64,000 nucleotides of DNA from an uncultured Candidatus Actinomarina sp. (GCA_902625455.1 CACOBL010000004.1:14064-78063), one strand, 5' to 3'. Numbered from the stretch's first letter, positions 45,737 through 54,873 are shown. Made by a program: numbers and translations. The notes: a model not told the origin generated them from the sequence alone.

Positions 45737-46444
45737 ATGATTCCTATTTCAGATATTAATCCAGCAAAGAACACTCCCGTAATTTCTAGAATATTTATTA
45801 TCTCAGTTGCGTTGGTTTACATATTGCTACAACCTAAAAATAGTAATGAGCTGTTTAATTTTTTTTATGAATTTGCAGCAATACCATGTGAACTATTTCT
45901 CAACAAACCCATTTCAGGTACTCAATTTTATGGCAATGATTGCAGTTTATTAGGAAATGATTTAGTCTTTCCAAAAAAAAATATATACATAAGTATTCTA
46001 TTTTCCAATTTTTTTCATGCTAATTTTGTACACATTCTTGGAAATTTGTGGAGTTTTTGGATATTTGGAAATAATGTAGAAGATAAATTAGGAAAAATAA
46101 GGTTTTCTTTCTTTTTATTAATAATTGGATTTTTAAGTATAGGTGTTCATACAATCATAAATTTTAATAGCCTTGTTCCAGTTGTTGGAGCCTCTGGAGT
46201 TGTATCAGGAATCATGGGTGCATATGTTTATTTATTTCCTAATGCAAAATTGTTAGTGTTAGTTCCATTTGGAATATTGTTTCCAACAACGATAAAAGCA
46301 AGAACGTTTATGTACTTTTGGTTTGTATCTCAGATATTTATAGCTATAGGTTCTTCAAATATTTCTTGGGAAGCTCATATTGGTGGTTATCTTTTTGGAT
46401 ATTTGATAATTAAGTTATCAAATTATAAAAGGTACACTTTCTGA
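45737..46444 (+). CDS. Rhomboid-family intramembrane serine protease
   Basis: GASGVVSGIMGAY (GxSG) and a downstream catalytic His in a TM segment (AHIGGYLFGY). Six or seven TM helices. Confidence 0.75.
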   Translation: MIPISDINPAKNTPVISRIFIISVALVYILLQPKNSNELFNFFYEFAAIPCELFLNKPISGTQFYGNDCSLLGNDLVFPKKNIYISILFSNFFHANFVHILGNLWSFWIFGNNVEDKLGKIRFSFFLLIIGFLSIGVHTIINFNSLVPVVGASGVVSGIMGAYVYLFPNAKLLVLVPFGILFPTTIKARTFMYFWFVSQIFIAIGSSNISWEAHIGGYLFGYLIIKLSNYKRYTF

Positions 46445-47161
46445 AAAAGACTTTAATTTGATATCTGCTAAATCTGTAGACTCAAAGTTTTTAACACCAG
46501 ATTCTACAAGAATTGTTTTAGATTTAATTTTTTTACCGAAAAAGATATCGGTATCTACTCTATCACCAATAACATAATCAAAATTGAAATTTTTCGCTCT
46601 ACAGTATTGGATATAATATTTATCTGGTTTTCCTAATGAATCAATGTTGATATGAAGATCATCTTCAATCATTTTTACCACAGCACCATTCCCAGGTAAA
46701 TCTTCATTTTCAGATGGAAAAGTTAAATCTTTGTTTAAACATAAAACATCTTTACCATTTTGTATAAAATCTTTCATTAAATTAATTTTGGAAATTTCAT
46801 TTTTATTTTTTCTTCCAATCAGAATTAAGTCTGCTTGATCTATGTTTGTAATTTTCTGATTTATACTTTTTACAAATTTTTTTAAGTTTGAAGATCCATA
46901 TACAAATATTTTTATGGTTTGATCAGCAAATAGTGATTCTAATATATTTAATGGAGTAATAATTTTCGATAATTCTACTTCTAAACTCAATAAATTTTCT
47001 AATTTTTCTTTTATTTCATATGGAGTCTGTGAACTATTGTTGGTAATAAAAAATATATCAACATTGTTTTTTATTAAATATTTATAGCTTTCTTTTACAC
47101 CATCTATTAATTCTGTACCTTTATAAATTGTTCCATCAAGGTCTGTAGCGATTGTTATCAC
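46418..47161 (-). CDS. HAD-superfamily hydrolase (subfamily IIA-like)
   Basis: DxDG motif at the N-terminus (IATDLDGTIYKG) and a C-terminal GDRxxTD motif (GDRVDTDIFFG). Confidence 0.65.
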   Translation of the reverse strand: MITIATDLDGTIYKGTELIDGVKESYKYLIKNNVDIFFITNNSSQTPYEIKEKLENLLSLEVELSKIITPLNILESLFADQTIKIFVYGSSNLKKFVKSINQKITNIDQADLILIGRKNKNEISKINLMKDFIQNGKDVLCLNKDLTFPSENEDLPGNGAVVKMIEDDLHINIDSLGKPDKYYIQYCRAKNFNFDYVIGDRVDTDIFFGKKIKSKTILVESGVKNFESTDLADIKLKSFSESVPFII

Positions 47162-47579
47162 GCTTTTCCTCCATAAGCAAAATACGTGCTGTTATTCCGC
47201 TAGCCTCATAAAAGTTTTTACCGGTTCTATCACTTGGTAAAGTGATAGTTCTTAATTTGATTTTTAAATCTTCTAAATATGACCTTATAGAATTAAGCAT
47301 AAAAGTACCCAGTCCTAATTCTCTACATTCACTTAATATATAAATTTCTGACAATACTGCATAATCAAACTGAAAAGTAAGTTTTGAGTATCCTATGATA
47401 TTATCATCTGCATATAAATTAAAATATTTATCTTCAGGTGTACTAAACGACTTGTAATACTCTATTAAATCTTTGTCTATTTTTGACAGTTCGTTAAAAA
47501 ACTTATTCTGAATTTCTTTGTTAGTTTCCTGAGCTATCTCTAATTTAAACGATTTACCAAAATCAGAATGGCTATACAC
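47136..47579 (-). CDS. GNAT-family N-acetyltransferase
   Basis: Acetyl-CoA binding motif (ECRELGLGTFMLNSI). 147 aa. Confidence 0.55.
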   Translation of the reverse strand: MYSHSDFGKSFKLEIAQETNKEIQNKFFNELSKIDKDLIEYYKSFSTPEDKYFNLYADDNIIGYSKLTFQFDYAVLSEIYILSECRELGLGTFMLNSIRSYLEDLKIKLRTITLPSDRTGKNFYEASGITARILLMEEKRDNNRYRP

Positions 47580-47934
47580 AATCTACACAAACTTTAGCTC
47601 TTGGTTTAGCTAACGCAGTATTTCTTAATACTAAAAAGCAAACAGAACATGTAAATTCATCTGCTTGTATGTCTTGAACTACCTCATCTAATTTAAGGTC
47701 AGATTTTTTTACATTTCTTTTTTCAGCAGCATCAACAGACATAAAAGATCCTTCAGATTCATCTGCATCCTCAACAGATTTTTTTTCAGTTTCAACTCTT
47801 GCTTCTAAAGATTCAGTTTCAACTTCTTCTTTTTCTTCTTCCTCTGCAGGAGGCTCAATATCATCAGAATCTTCCTCTTCTTCTAGATCTTCTAACGTTG
47901 GCTCTTCAAGCTCTTCTTGTTCTTTTTTTGCCAT
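47572..47934 (-). CDS. Acidic protein with C-terminal CxxC...CxxC zinc ribbon (DUF4193-like)
   Basis: N-terminal about 70 aa are almost entirely E/D. The C-terminus is EFTCSVCFLVLRNTALAKPRAKVCVDCV. Confidence 0.45.
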   Translation of the reverse strand: MAKKEQEELEEPTLEDLEEEEDSDDIEPPAEEEEKEEVETESLEARVETEKKSVEDADESEGSFMSVDAAEKRNVKKSDLKLDEVVQDIQADEFTCSVCFLVLRNTALAKPRAKVCVDCV

Positions 47935-47963
47935 TATTTTTCCTATTTGCTGATTAAATATTA

Positions 47964-48839
47964 CTAAATTTTAAACCGTATGGCACGATTTTTAATAAAT
48001 ATATCTGCTGGACCATACCCAAAAAAATCTCCGTCAATCTCAATAGGGTCTATAGAATTGACAGTTAATTTGCTTAATCTTTTTAGTTTGACTGAAGATT
48101 GTGTTAAATGTAACCCTTTTTTAGCTAGAAAAAATATTTGCATTGCTTTTATTTTAGTGACTGCAAACACTTGTATATTGAATAATCCGTCTTGCAAACT
48201 TGATTTTGGAGATATGTTCCATCCCCCACCAAAATATTGAGCATTGCAAACGGAAATATTAAATGCCTTTCCAGTAAATTCATATTTATCATTTGAAATA
48301 GACATCTCTTTTGCTCGAGCAGTTATTATTTTTATCCAAAAACTTAAAGGATATCTAAATGCTCTAAATAAATTTGGAAACTTTTCACTTACTTCAACAG
48401 TGCTAGCTAAAAATCCTATATTTAAAACGTTAATGAAGTATTTAATATTTTTGTCATTTTTAATTAAACCAACGTCAACTTCGTAAAAATTTTGGTTACT
48501 TAAATGCTCTATTGCTTCTTCAATATTTTGAGGAAGAGCGAAAGTTCTAATAAAATCGGAACCACTGCCACCAGGTAAGCACGATACTTCAGGCATTGTG
48601 ATATTGTTTTTCATTAATGAGTTAACTAAAGCATTTAACGAACCGTCGCCACCAATAGAACAATATTGATAATCTGATGGATTATTGTATTTTTGTATTA
48701 TTTCATCTATTTCAGTTATTTCCATTGTTTGAAAATAATGAAATTTTATTCCTTTATTGCTTAATAATTCTTTAATGTATGTTTCATTTATATGTTTACC
48801 TCTTGAATTTAAATTATGGATAATTACTACAGTTTTCAT
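47964..48839 (-). CDS. Diacylglycerol/lipid kinase catalytic-domain protein (DagK/YegS family)
   Basis: GGDGS motif (YCSIGGDGSLNALVN). 291 aa. Confidence 0.7.
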   Translation of the reverse strand: MKTVVIIHNLNSRGKHINETYIKELLSNKGIKFHYFQTMEITEIDEIIQKYNNPSDYQYCSIGGDGSLNALVNSLMKNNITMPEVSCLPGGSGSDFIRTFALPQNIEEAIEHLSNQNFYEVDVGLIKNDKNIKYFINVLNIGFLASTVEVSEKFPNLFRAFRYPLSFWIKIITARAKEMSISNDKYEFTGKAFNISVCNAQYFGGGWNISPKSSLQDGLFNIQVFAVTKIKAMQIFFLAKKGLHLTQSSVKLKRLSKLTVNSIDPIEIDGDFFGYGPADIFIKNRAIRFKI

Positions 48840-50704
48840 GACATAGATTTTTGGATCAAATTATTGTCAAACATATTATATATTGCCTCAAACTCTTGGT
48901 CTTGGTAGATATTAAATAGTTTCTTTGAGAGTTCAGACCCCTCTTTCGCTGCTTTTATAAAATCTCCAATGTTTATATTGAATTTAGTTACAACATATTC
49001 GATATTGTTAGTTTTATAAAATTCATAAAATATACTGAACCATGTTAAGTTTAGGTTTGTAAATTTTTTGATACTGTGTTTATTTTCTAGTTTGTTTAAA
49101 ATTTCCAGACTTGATTCAAAATAACTCAATAGATTATCAAACTCATCGCTTGTCGCAACATCATATATATTTGAAGATATACCAGAAGAGACAAACATAA
49201 GATAGAATTCAAATGTTTTTACAGATTTAATTTTATTGTACAAGTATATAGAGGGAATTAATTGATCCCTGTGGGTTTCAATAAGAGTTTCTCCCATGCT
49301 TGTATTGATGAAATTTATATCTTCCAGAACTTTAAGTTTTGAATTAAATGCATTTTTTAAACTATCTATGTTAAATGAATTTTGAAATGCAAAAAAACTT
49401 TTATTTAAGATTTCTATACATTCATCTGCAGAATAAATATTCAATAAATTAAGTATTGAAAAATAGTTTATGGAAAAAGCTGAATTTAAGTTACTTGATT
49501 CTAATGTAAACAAATTAGAGTACCATTCTGGGTTAATGTTTTTATCATATGATAGAAAAGCATATCCTTTATCATCAATACCTCTTCTACCTGCTCGTCC
49601 AGTTAATTGAAGAAACTCGGATCGAGAAATTAATCTTGATTTAATTCCATCATATTTATTTAATCTGTCTAAATAAATTGACTTTGCTGGCATATTAATT
49701 CCTAATGCTAATGTCTCTGTTGCAAACAAAAAATTAATGTACTTATTTAAAAATAAGAATTCTATAAATTCTTTAACAATTGGAGCTAACCCTGCATGAT
49801 GAAACGCGACACCCCTGGACCACATCCATAAATGTTCATCTAAATTTAACAGAGTATGGTCTGATAAGTCTAAGTCATCAAATATCTCATAAAATTTATC
49901 TCTAATTAATTTGTGATCATCAACAACTTTTCGATTATTTGCTAGTTGTCTAGCTTTTGATTCTACTCTTTCTCTTGAAAAATGAAAAAATATACATGGG
50001 GTTAACCACTGATTTTCAAGAAAATTGACTTGTTCATCTAAACTAGGCTTTTTCACATTCTGGGTTAATTTTGATAACTTAGAATTATTATTATCTTTTT
50101 TTTTGTTTGTTGATTTTAAAATTTTAATACTATTTGAAAGCTTATTAGTAGTAATCAAAGATATCTCTAATGGGACTGGTCTTTGATTGTTTTGTATCAA
50201 GGATGTAGGACCTCTCAAGGAAACAATCCATTCCAAAAACTCATGTTTATTTTTGACTGTCGCTGATAGGCATAAAAATTTTATTCCTAAATCTGCATGA
50301 ATTAAAATCTCTTCCCATGTTGTGCCTCTTTCAGTATCACCTAAGTAATGGACCTCATCTAGAATAATTAAACCTGTATTTTCAAGTTTTTTATCTTTAC
50401 TAAAAATCATATTCCTAAGTATTTCAGTTGTAGCAATAATCAGATCTTTATCCTTGTCTATAGTTCTATCACCGGTTAAAAGCCCTACGTCTACTCCTGC
50501 TTTTTTAAAATCATTATATTTTTGGTTGGACAATGCTTTAATTGGTGTTGTATAGAATATATTTTTATTTTTTTCTAGATAAAAATCTATAGACTTCTCT
50601 GCAATAAGAGTCTTACCAGAACCAGTTGGTGCAACAACTAATACATTATTATTACCCTTTATATCAGAAATTGCATCAATTTGAAATTGATCTAAAACAT
50701 ACAT
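48836..50704 (-). CDS. DEAD/DEAH-box (Ski2/HelY-like) helicase
   Basis: Motif I APTGSGKT, motif II DEVH, LCLSAT, HHAGL. Sits upstream of tatC as helY does in mycobacteria, but is only 622 aa. Confidence 0.8.
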   Translation of the reverse strand: MYVLDQFQIDAISDIKGNNNVLVVAPTGSGKTLIAEKSIDFYLEKNKNIFYTTPIKALSNQKYNDFKKAGVDVGLLTGDRTIDKDKDLIIATTEILRNMIFSKDKKLENTGLIILDEVHYLGDTERGTTWEEILIHADLGIKFLCLSATVKNKHEFLEWIVSLRGPTSLIQNNQRPVPLEISLITTNKLSNSIKILKSTNKKKDNNNSKLSKLTQNVKKPSLDEQVNFLENQWLTPCIFFHFSRERVESKARQLANNRKVVDDHKLIRDKFYEIFDDLDLSDHTLLNLDEHLWMWSRGVAFHHAGLAPIVKEFIEFLFLNKYINFLFATETLALGINMPAKSIYLDRLNKYDGIKSRLISRSEFLQLTGRAGRRGIDDKGYAFLSYDKNINPEWYSNLFTLESSNLNSAFSINYFSILNLLNIYSADECIEILNKSFFAFQNSFNIDSLKNAFNSKLKVLEDINFINTSMGETLIETHRDQLIPSIYLYNKIKSVKTFEFYLMFVSSGISSNIYDVATSDEFDNLLSYFESSLEILNKLENKHSIKKFTNLNLTWFSIFYEFYKTNNIEYVVTKFNINIGDFIKAAKEGSELSKKLFNIYQDQEFEAIYNMFDNNLIQKSMS

Positions 50705-50708
50705 ATGA

Positions 50709-51404
50709 CTAATTTTTTCGATTCAAATAAATCACTAATTCAATTAAAAGATACAACGGTATTGTAAAGACAAATAACGTTATTGGGTCACCAGTTGGGG
50801 TTAGAATAGCAGAAAAAATCAACACGAAAATGAACACTTCTTTTCTATTATTTGTAAAAAACGATAACTTAAGAATATTTTTTTTAATCAAAAAATAAAT
50901 AACAAGAGGTGTTTGAAAAGAAACACCAAAAATTAAAGATATTCTAGAAACTAATTGAAAATAATTTTGGGTTCTTAAAATTATTTCTGATTCATTGAAT
51001 TGTAGTAAAAATTTTATACCTATTGGAAAAGTTTGATAAGCTGCAAGTAAACCGCCATAAAAAAGTAACAAAAAAGATAATATGTAGATAATGTATGTGA
51101 TGGTTTTAAGATCATTTACAGCAGGTTTAACAAAATTTGCAATGATTAAAAAGGTTATTGGGAACGTTGCAATAAAAGATACAAGCAAAGTATTTGATAT
51201 TTTTACTTGAAATCCTTCATAAATAGTAAAAGCTACTAAATCTGATTTTGTATAGCCAGCTTTTACTAACGGATCTGTTAATAAATTATAAATATCTATG
51301 TAGTTCATGTAAAAAAATACAAACGCGGAAATCAAAATAACTATTGATAAAATAATTCTTTGATTTAGTTCTTTAAAATGGTCAAAAAATGGTTTTTGTT
51401 CCAT
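50709..51404 (-). CDS. tatC: Sec-independent protein translocase TatC
   Basis: N-terminal FFDHFKELNQRIILSIV (the L.EHL.ELR.RL pattern) and about 6 TM helices. Confidence 0.75.
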   Translation of the reverse strand: MEQKPFFDHFKELNQRIILSIVILISAFVFFYMNYIDIYNLLTDPLVKAGYTKSDLVAFTIYEGFQVKISNTLLVSFIATFPITFLIIANFVKPAVNDLKTITYIIYILSFLLLFYGGLLAAYQTFPIGIKFLLQFNESEIILRTQNYFQLVSRISLIFGVSFQTPLVIYFLIKKNILKLSFFTNNRKEVFIFVLIFSAILTPTGDPITLFVFTIPLYLLIELVIYLNRKN

Positions 51405-51405
51405 T

Positions 51406-51573
51406 TCACTCCTCTTCTATCCATACCCATTTTTCTTCTATAGATTCATCACCTATAATTTCTCTTTTTAATGAATCATTATTTGATAAAAATTTAACTG
51501 CTTTAGATAATTTTGACTTATCCAATAAACCCAGTGAAAGTAAAACAATTATTACTAGCTCAATTAAACTCAT
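51406..51573 (-). CDS. tatA: TatA/E-like small membrane protein (below the ORF-track length cut-off)
   Basis: Hand-translated 55 aa: MSLIELVIIVLLSLGLLDKSKLSKAVKFLSNNDSLKREIIGDESIEEKWVWIEEE. It has one TM with a polar Glu, a Gly hinge, then an amphipathic basic helix and an acidic tail. The stop lies 1 nt before the tatC ATG. The start overlaps the pafC-like stop by 14 nt. Confidence 0.45.
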   Translation of the reverse strand: MSLIELVIIVLLSLGLLDKSKLSKAVKFLSNNDSLKREIIGDESIEEKWVWIEEE

Positions 51574-52420
51574 TCAAATTCTCCAATAGATTATCTTGTC
51601 TTATTTTAATTTCATCGATAATTTTTACGGGTGATAATACATTAATGTACTGCCTGTTTTTTATTGAAAAATCGATTGCATTTTCGAAAGAATAAAAATT
51701 GATAATTAGATTGTCTTGATTCACTTTGAATGTTGTACTGTCTAATGTCTTGAGAAAGTTATTATCTTTGATTTGGTATTTTACTTTGATAGTTGATCTT
51801 GAAGATGTTTGACTTGTCGTACTTTCATTAATATTTATACCTACAATTCGATCAATTAGAAATGTTTTAATTACTTTTTCATGTATATCAAGAGCTTCTA
51901 AAATTTTACCGTCATGATTTGATTTTAAAGCTATTGGATTAATGAAATATGTTTGTGCTTCTGTTTTTCCAAGTTTTATATATTCTATTGTACTTATCTC
52001 TTCAAATGAAAAGCTATCAGATTTATCATCTGCTGTGGGCAATCCATCTATATCAAAATATTCTGATAGTATTTTGTAGAATTCCATAATTTCTTTTGTT
52101 GAATTCTTTAAAGCAACAAAGTTATCTTGCATAGTAAGTAAATAATACAAATTAAATAATTCTGAATCGTTAATTGATGAAAGTTCAACAACAGAATCGT
52201 TAAAAAAGAAATTTATTTCTTCTGCATCTTCATTTACCTCATAATCAATAAGAATGTCATCATAATCTGTATAAATTTGTGAGAAAATATCAAGAATATA
52301 AAATAATTCTTTTTTGGTTATTTTCATATTTTCTAAAATTTCAGATATTTTCCATTTCTCTTTACTTTGTACAAATTGAATAAAATTATGTAAAATTTGG
52401 AAATCTATTTTTTTAGACAT
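51560..52420 (-). CDS. WYL-domain transcriptional regulator (PafC-like)
   Basis: N-terminal HTH-like region. The C-terminal WYL-domain end motif (IKTFLIDRIVGI) matches the ...FKLDYI... motif of the neighbouring gene. Synteny with pafC-tatA-tatC. Confidence 0.5.
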   Translation of the reverse strand: MSKKIDFQILHNFIQFVQSKEKWKISEILENMKITKKELFYILDIFSQIYTDYDDILIDYEVNEDAEEINFFFNDSVVELSSINDSELFNLYYLLTMQDNFVALKNSTKEIMEFYKILSEYFDIDGLPTADDKSDSFSFEEISTIEYIKLGKTEAQTYFINPIALKSNHDGKILEALDIHEKVIKTFLIDRIVGININESTTSQTSSRSTIKVKYQIKDNNFLKTLDSTTFKVNQDNLIINFYSFENAIDFSIKNRQYINVLSPVKIIDEIKIRQDNLLENLNEFN

Positions 52421-53231
52421 TTAACAAATCCTTAATTAAATTTACTTTGTTTAATTTTTGAATTTCATATGATCCATCACAAAGTAATAGAAAGATTAAT
52501 AAACCATTAGAATCGTTTGTCTTGATTACTTTGAGATTATTTTTTTCTCTTTTAACAACTCTATGAGAAAATACATTTTTATTGACTTCATATAGATTAT
52601 CTGGAATAGAAATATGAATTATCATCAAATCTTCTAGTTCTTCCCAAGAGAATTTTATATTTTTGTATTCGGTCTTGTATAAATTTTCCTTATTACCCAG
52701 TCTCATATTTTCTATGTAGTCAAGTTTGAAAGTTTTGAATTTGCTATCTTCAATAGCACCTAAGTACCAAGTTCCATTAAAAAGTCTTAATCCTTGTGGT
52801 TTCACTTTTCTATATTTTGAAAGATATTCGAAGCCTAATCTTCTTTTTTCATTCGTTGCTTTAGTTATCTTAGAAATCATTTCTGTTTTTTTATCATTAA
52901 TTCCTTGAAGTGAATAATTATTTTTTAAAAGTAAATATGTGTTAAAAAAATTACTTAAATTAACATTTTTGTTTTTTTTAATATCATTAAAAATATATGA
53001 ACCACCCATGGTATAGCCTGATTCATCATGGGACCATTTATCGTTACTGTATTCTATTAGATAACCGAATGATCTAAGTAATGATTTATCTCTCTCAAAT
53101 GCTCTTCTAAAAGCTTGATCATTTAAATCGCGGTAATCTGGTATTGAATCTTTAATTTTGCTTGTGGATATTTTTATATCATTATTGAATAAATTAAGTA
53201 ATTGAATTAATCTTTTTAATACATTTTTCAT
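52413..53231 (-). CDS. HTH + WYL-domain transcriptional regulator (PafB-like)
   Basis: WYL motif FNGTWYLGAIEDSKFKTFKLDYIENMRL. 8-nt overlap with the downstream PafC-like gene. Confidence 0.55.
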   Translation of the reverse strand: MKNVLKRLIQLLNLFNNDIKISTSKIKDSIPDYRDLNDQAFRRAFERDKSLLRSFGYLIEYSNDKWSHDESGYTMGGSYIFNDIKKNKNVNLSNFFNTYLLLKNNYSLQGINDKKTEMISKITKATNEKRRLGFEYLSKYRKVKPQGLRLFNGTWYLGAIEDSKFKTFKLDYIENMRLGNKENLYKTEYKNIKFSWEELEDLMIIHISIPDNLYEVNKNVFSHRVVKREKNNLKVIKTNDSNGLLIFLLLCDGSYEIQKLNKVNLIKDLLNV

Positions 53232-53317
53232 AACTTTTATTTCTTATTTTAGATTTGCTTATCAAAAATACTATTAAATAAATTTATATAAGACATCATC
53301 ATTGTAATATATACATT

Positions 53318-53563
53318 ATGAAAGTTTGGATAGACCAAGATTTGTGTACCGGAGACGGCCTTTGTGAGGAAATTGCTCCGGATGTTTTCGTTGGTTTAGA
53401 TGACGGTCTTTTCTACGTTAAAGAAGGTGAAAAAATATTCTCTGAAGAGCATGGAAATGTAGGCGGGGCTGAAGGTTTAGCAAATGTACCTAACGGACAA
53501 GAAGATGCTGTAGTAGAATCTGCAGAAGAATGTCCTGGCGAGTGCATAATGATTGAGCCTTAA
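53318..53563 (+). CDS. Small single-cluster ferredoxin
   Basis: CTGDGLCEEIAPDVF...ECPGECI cluster-binding pattern. 81 aa. Visibly GC-richer than its neighbours. Confidence 0.8.
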   Translation: MKVWIDQDLCTGDGLCEEIAPDVFVGLDDGLFYVKEGEKIFSEEHGNVGGAEGLANVPNGQEDAVVESAEECPGECIMIEP

Positions 53564-54339
53564 TCAAACTTTATAAATCTAGCTGATAACAAAAATCCTG
53601 TATGAGATATTAGTTTATTATCTGGCCTTGCAATTTTTTTATTTAAGTACCAATCTCTTAAAATTACTTCTTTAACCTCAATATTTTCAAAATTATTTGA
53701 TTCCAAGCACTCCTTTGTTTTTATAACTTGGGTGATTGAAGGTAGGTATGAAACCCAAACTATATCAGTATTAATTTTGTTATTATCAAAAAATATCCAG
53801 GGTTCCGGTATGTCTGTAATTACAGTATCTATTTCATTTGAAATTTCGGAAAAATTAAAATCATTAAGATCTTGATTGATAAACTTTAAATTATATTCTT
53901 CATTAATTTCTTTTATAGATAAGTATCTTTCGATAGTTTTCTTTGCTCTTCGTTGATTAGTTTTACTAATGTCAACAGTAGTTAAAGAGCCTTTTTCATT
54001 TAATATACTTACAAGGTACAAAGTTAACGCTCCTGACCCTGTACCAATTTCCAAAACTTTACTTGATGATGAGATATTTGATTCAATAACAATTTGAGAA
54101 ATATCTTTTGGATATATAATTTGAGGCCCTCTTTTCATGTTTAAGATAAATTCCTTAAATGTAGGTCTGTAAATTTTAAATTCCTGACCTGTAGAAGATT
54201 TTAAAATACTAGGAATAGATGTAATATCTTTAAAGTGAAATTTACCTTCATTTGTTATAAATTCTTTAGTAATATCAACAACCGCTAAATACTTGTTGTT
54301 ATCAGTTTTTACAATTATTAATTCGTTGTCTAAATTCAA
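53560..54339 (-). CDS. trmI: tRNA (adenine-N1)-methyltransferase TrmI (GCD14 family), TTG start
   Basis: RGPQIIYPKD motif of the N-terminal beta-domain and the SAM motif LEIGTGSGALTLYL. Start codon TTG at 54339 (revcomp caa 54337-54339). Confidence 0.7.
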   Translation of the reverse strand: MNLDNELIIVKTDNNKYLAVVDITKEFITNEGKFHFKDITSIPSILKSSTGQEFKIYRPTFKEFILNMKRGPQIIYPKDISQIVIESNISSSSKVLEIGTGSGALTLYLVSILNEKGSLTTVDISKTNQRRAKKTIERYLSIKEINEEYNLKFINQDLNDFNFSEISNEIDTVITDIPEPWIFFDNNKINTDIVWVSYLPSITQVIKTKECLESNNFENIEVKEVILRDWYLNKKIARPDNKLISHTGFLLSARFIKFD

Positions 54340-54340
54340 T

Positions 54341-54430
54341 TTATATTGCTGATAAAAGAGGAAGTAGCAAAGTTATTACCATCGCACTAGATACAACAAT
54401 TACAATTACTTTTTGTGTTCTTTTACTCAT
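54341..54430 (-). CDS. Putative 29-aa single-TM micro-protein
   Basis: Hand-translated MSKRTQKVIVIVVSSAMVITLLLPLLSAI. Its ATG overlaps the stop of the upstream 51-aa ORF (ATGA). Its TAA lies 1 nt before the trmI TTG. Confidence 0.25.
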   Translation of the reverse strand: MSKRTQKVIVIVVSSAMVITLLLPLLSAI

Positions 54431-54582
54431 TTTCTTTTTTTAAATAATTTTTTTTTGGCGCGAACAATTTTTTCAAATATCCTTCCAATTACAATACCAA
54501 AAATTAAATAAGGTATTACCTTTGAATCTTTATCAGATATCTGATTTTTTAAATCTTTATAATTTTTTGAAAACTCACTCAC
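54427..54582 (-). CDS. Putative 51-aa single-TM small protein (GTG start)
   Basis: Hand-translated VSEFSKNYKDLKNQISDKDSKVIPYLIFGIVIGRIFEKIVRAKKKLFKKRK. The GTG overlaps the TGA of the 94-aa ORF (GTGA). Confidence 0.25.
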   Translation of the reverse strand: MSEFSKNYKDLKNQISDKDSKVIPYLIFGIVIGRIFEKIVRAKKKLFKKRK

Positions 54583-54863
54583 TTCAATATTCTCCAAACT
54601 ATCAAACCAAAAATTAATAAAGATAATAATGCAAATGAAAAATAAATTAGTGACTGAATAAAATATTGACCTTCAAACATCTGTGATAGAACAATTGAAA
54701 CTCCTGAGAGGATAAATAAAGTTGCAATTGCCAGATAATTTCCTGCCTTAAAATTTTTACGTGCTCCTTTTATTGATTCCTCTATCGGCTCAACGGTTTG
54801 TTCTTGTATGTGTTCAAGTAAACTGTCTAAGGCTTTAATTGCGGATACAGGAAGATTAAACAC
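54579..54863 (-). CDS. Hypothetical 94-aa two-TM membrane protein
   Basis: ORF-track protein with two hydrophobic helices (LAIATLFILSGVSIVL; LIYFSFALLSLLIFGLIV). It lies 10 nt downstream of the AI-2E transporter gene. Confidence 0.35.
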   Translation of the reverse strand: MFNLPVSAIKALDSLLEHIQEQTVEPIEESIKGARKNFKAGNYLAIATLFILSGVSIVLSQMFEGQYFIQSLIYFSFALLSLLIFGLIVWRILK

Positions 54864-54873
54864 TTTTTTTTAT

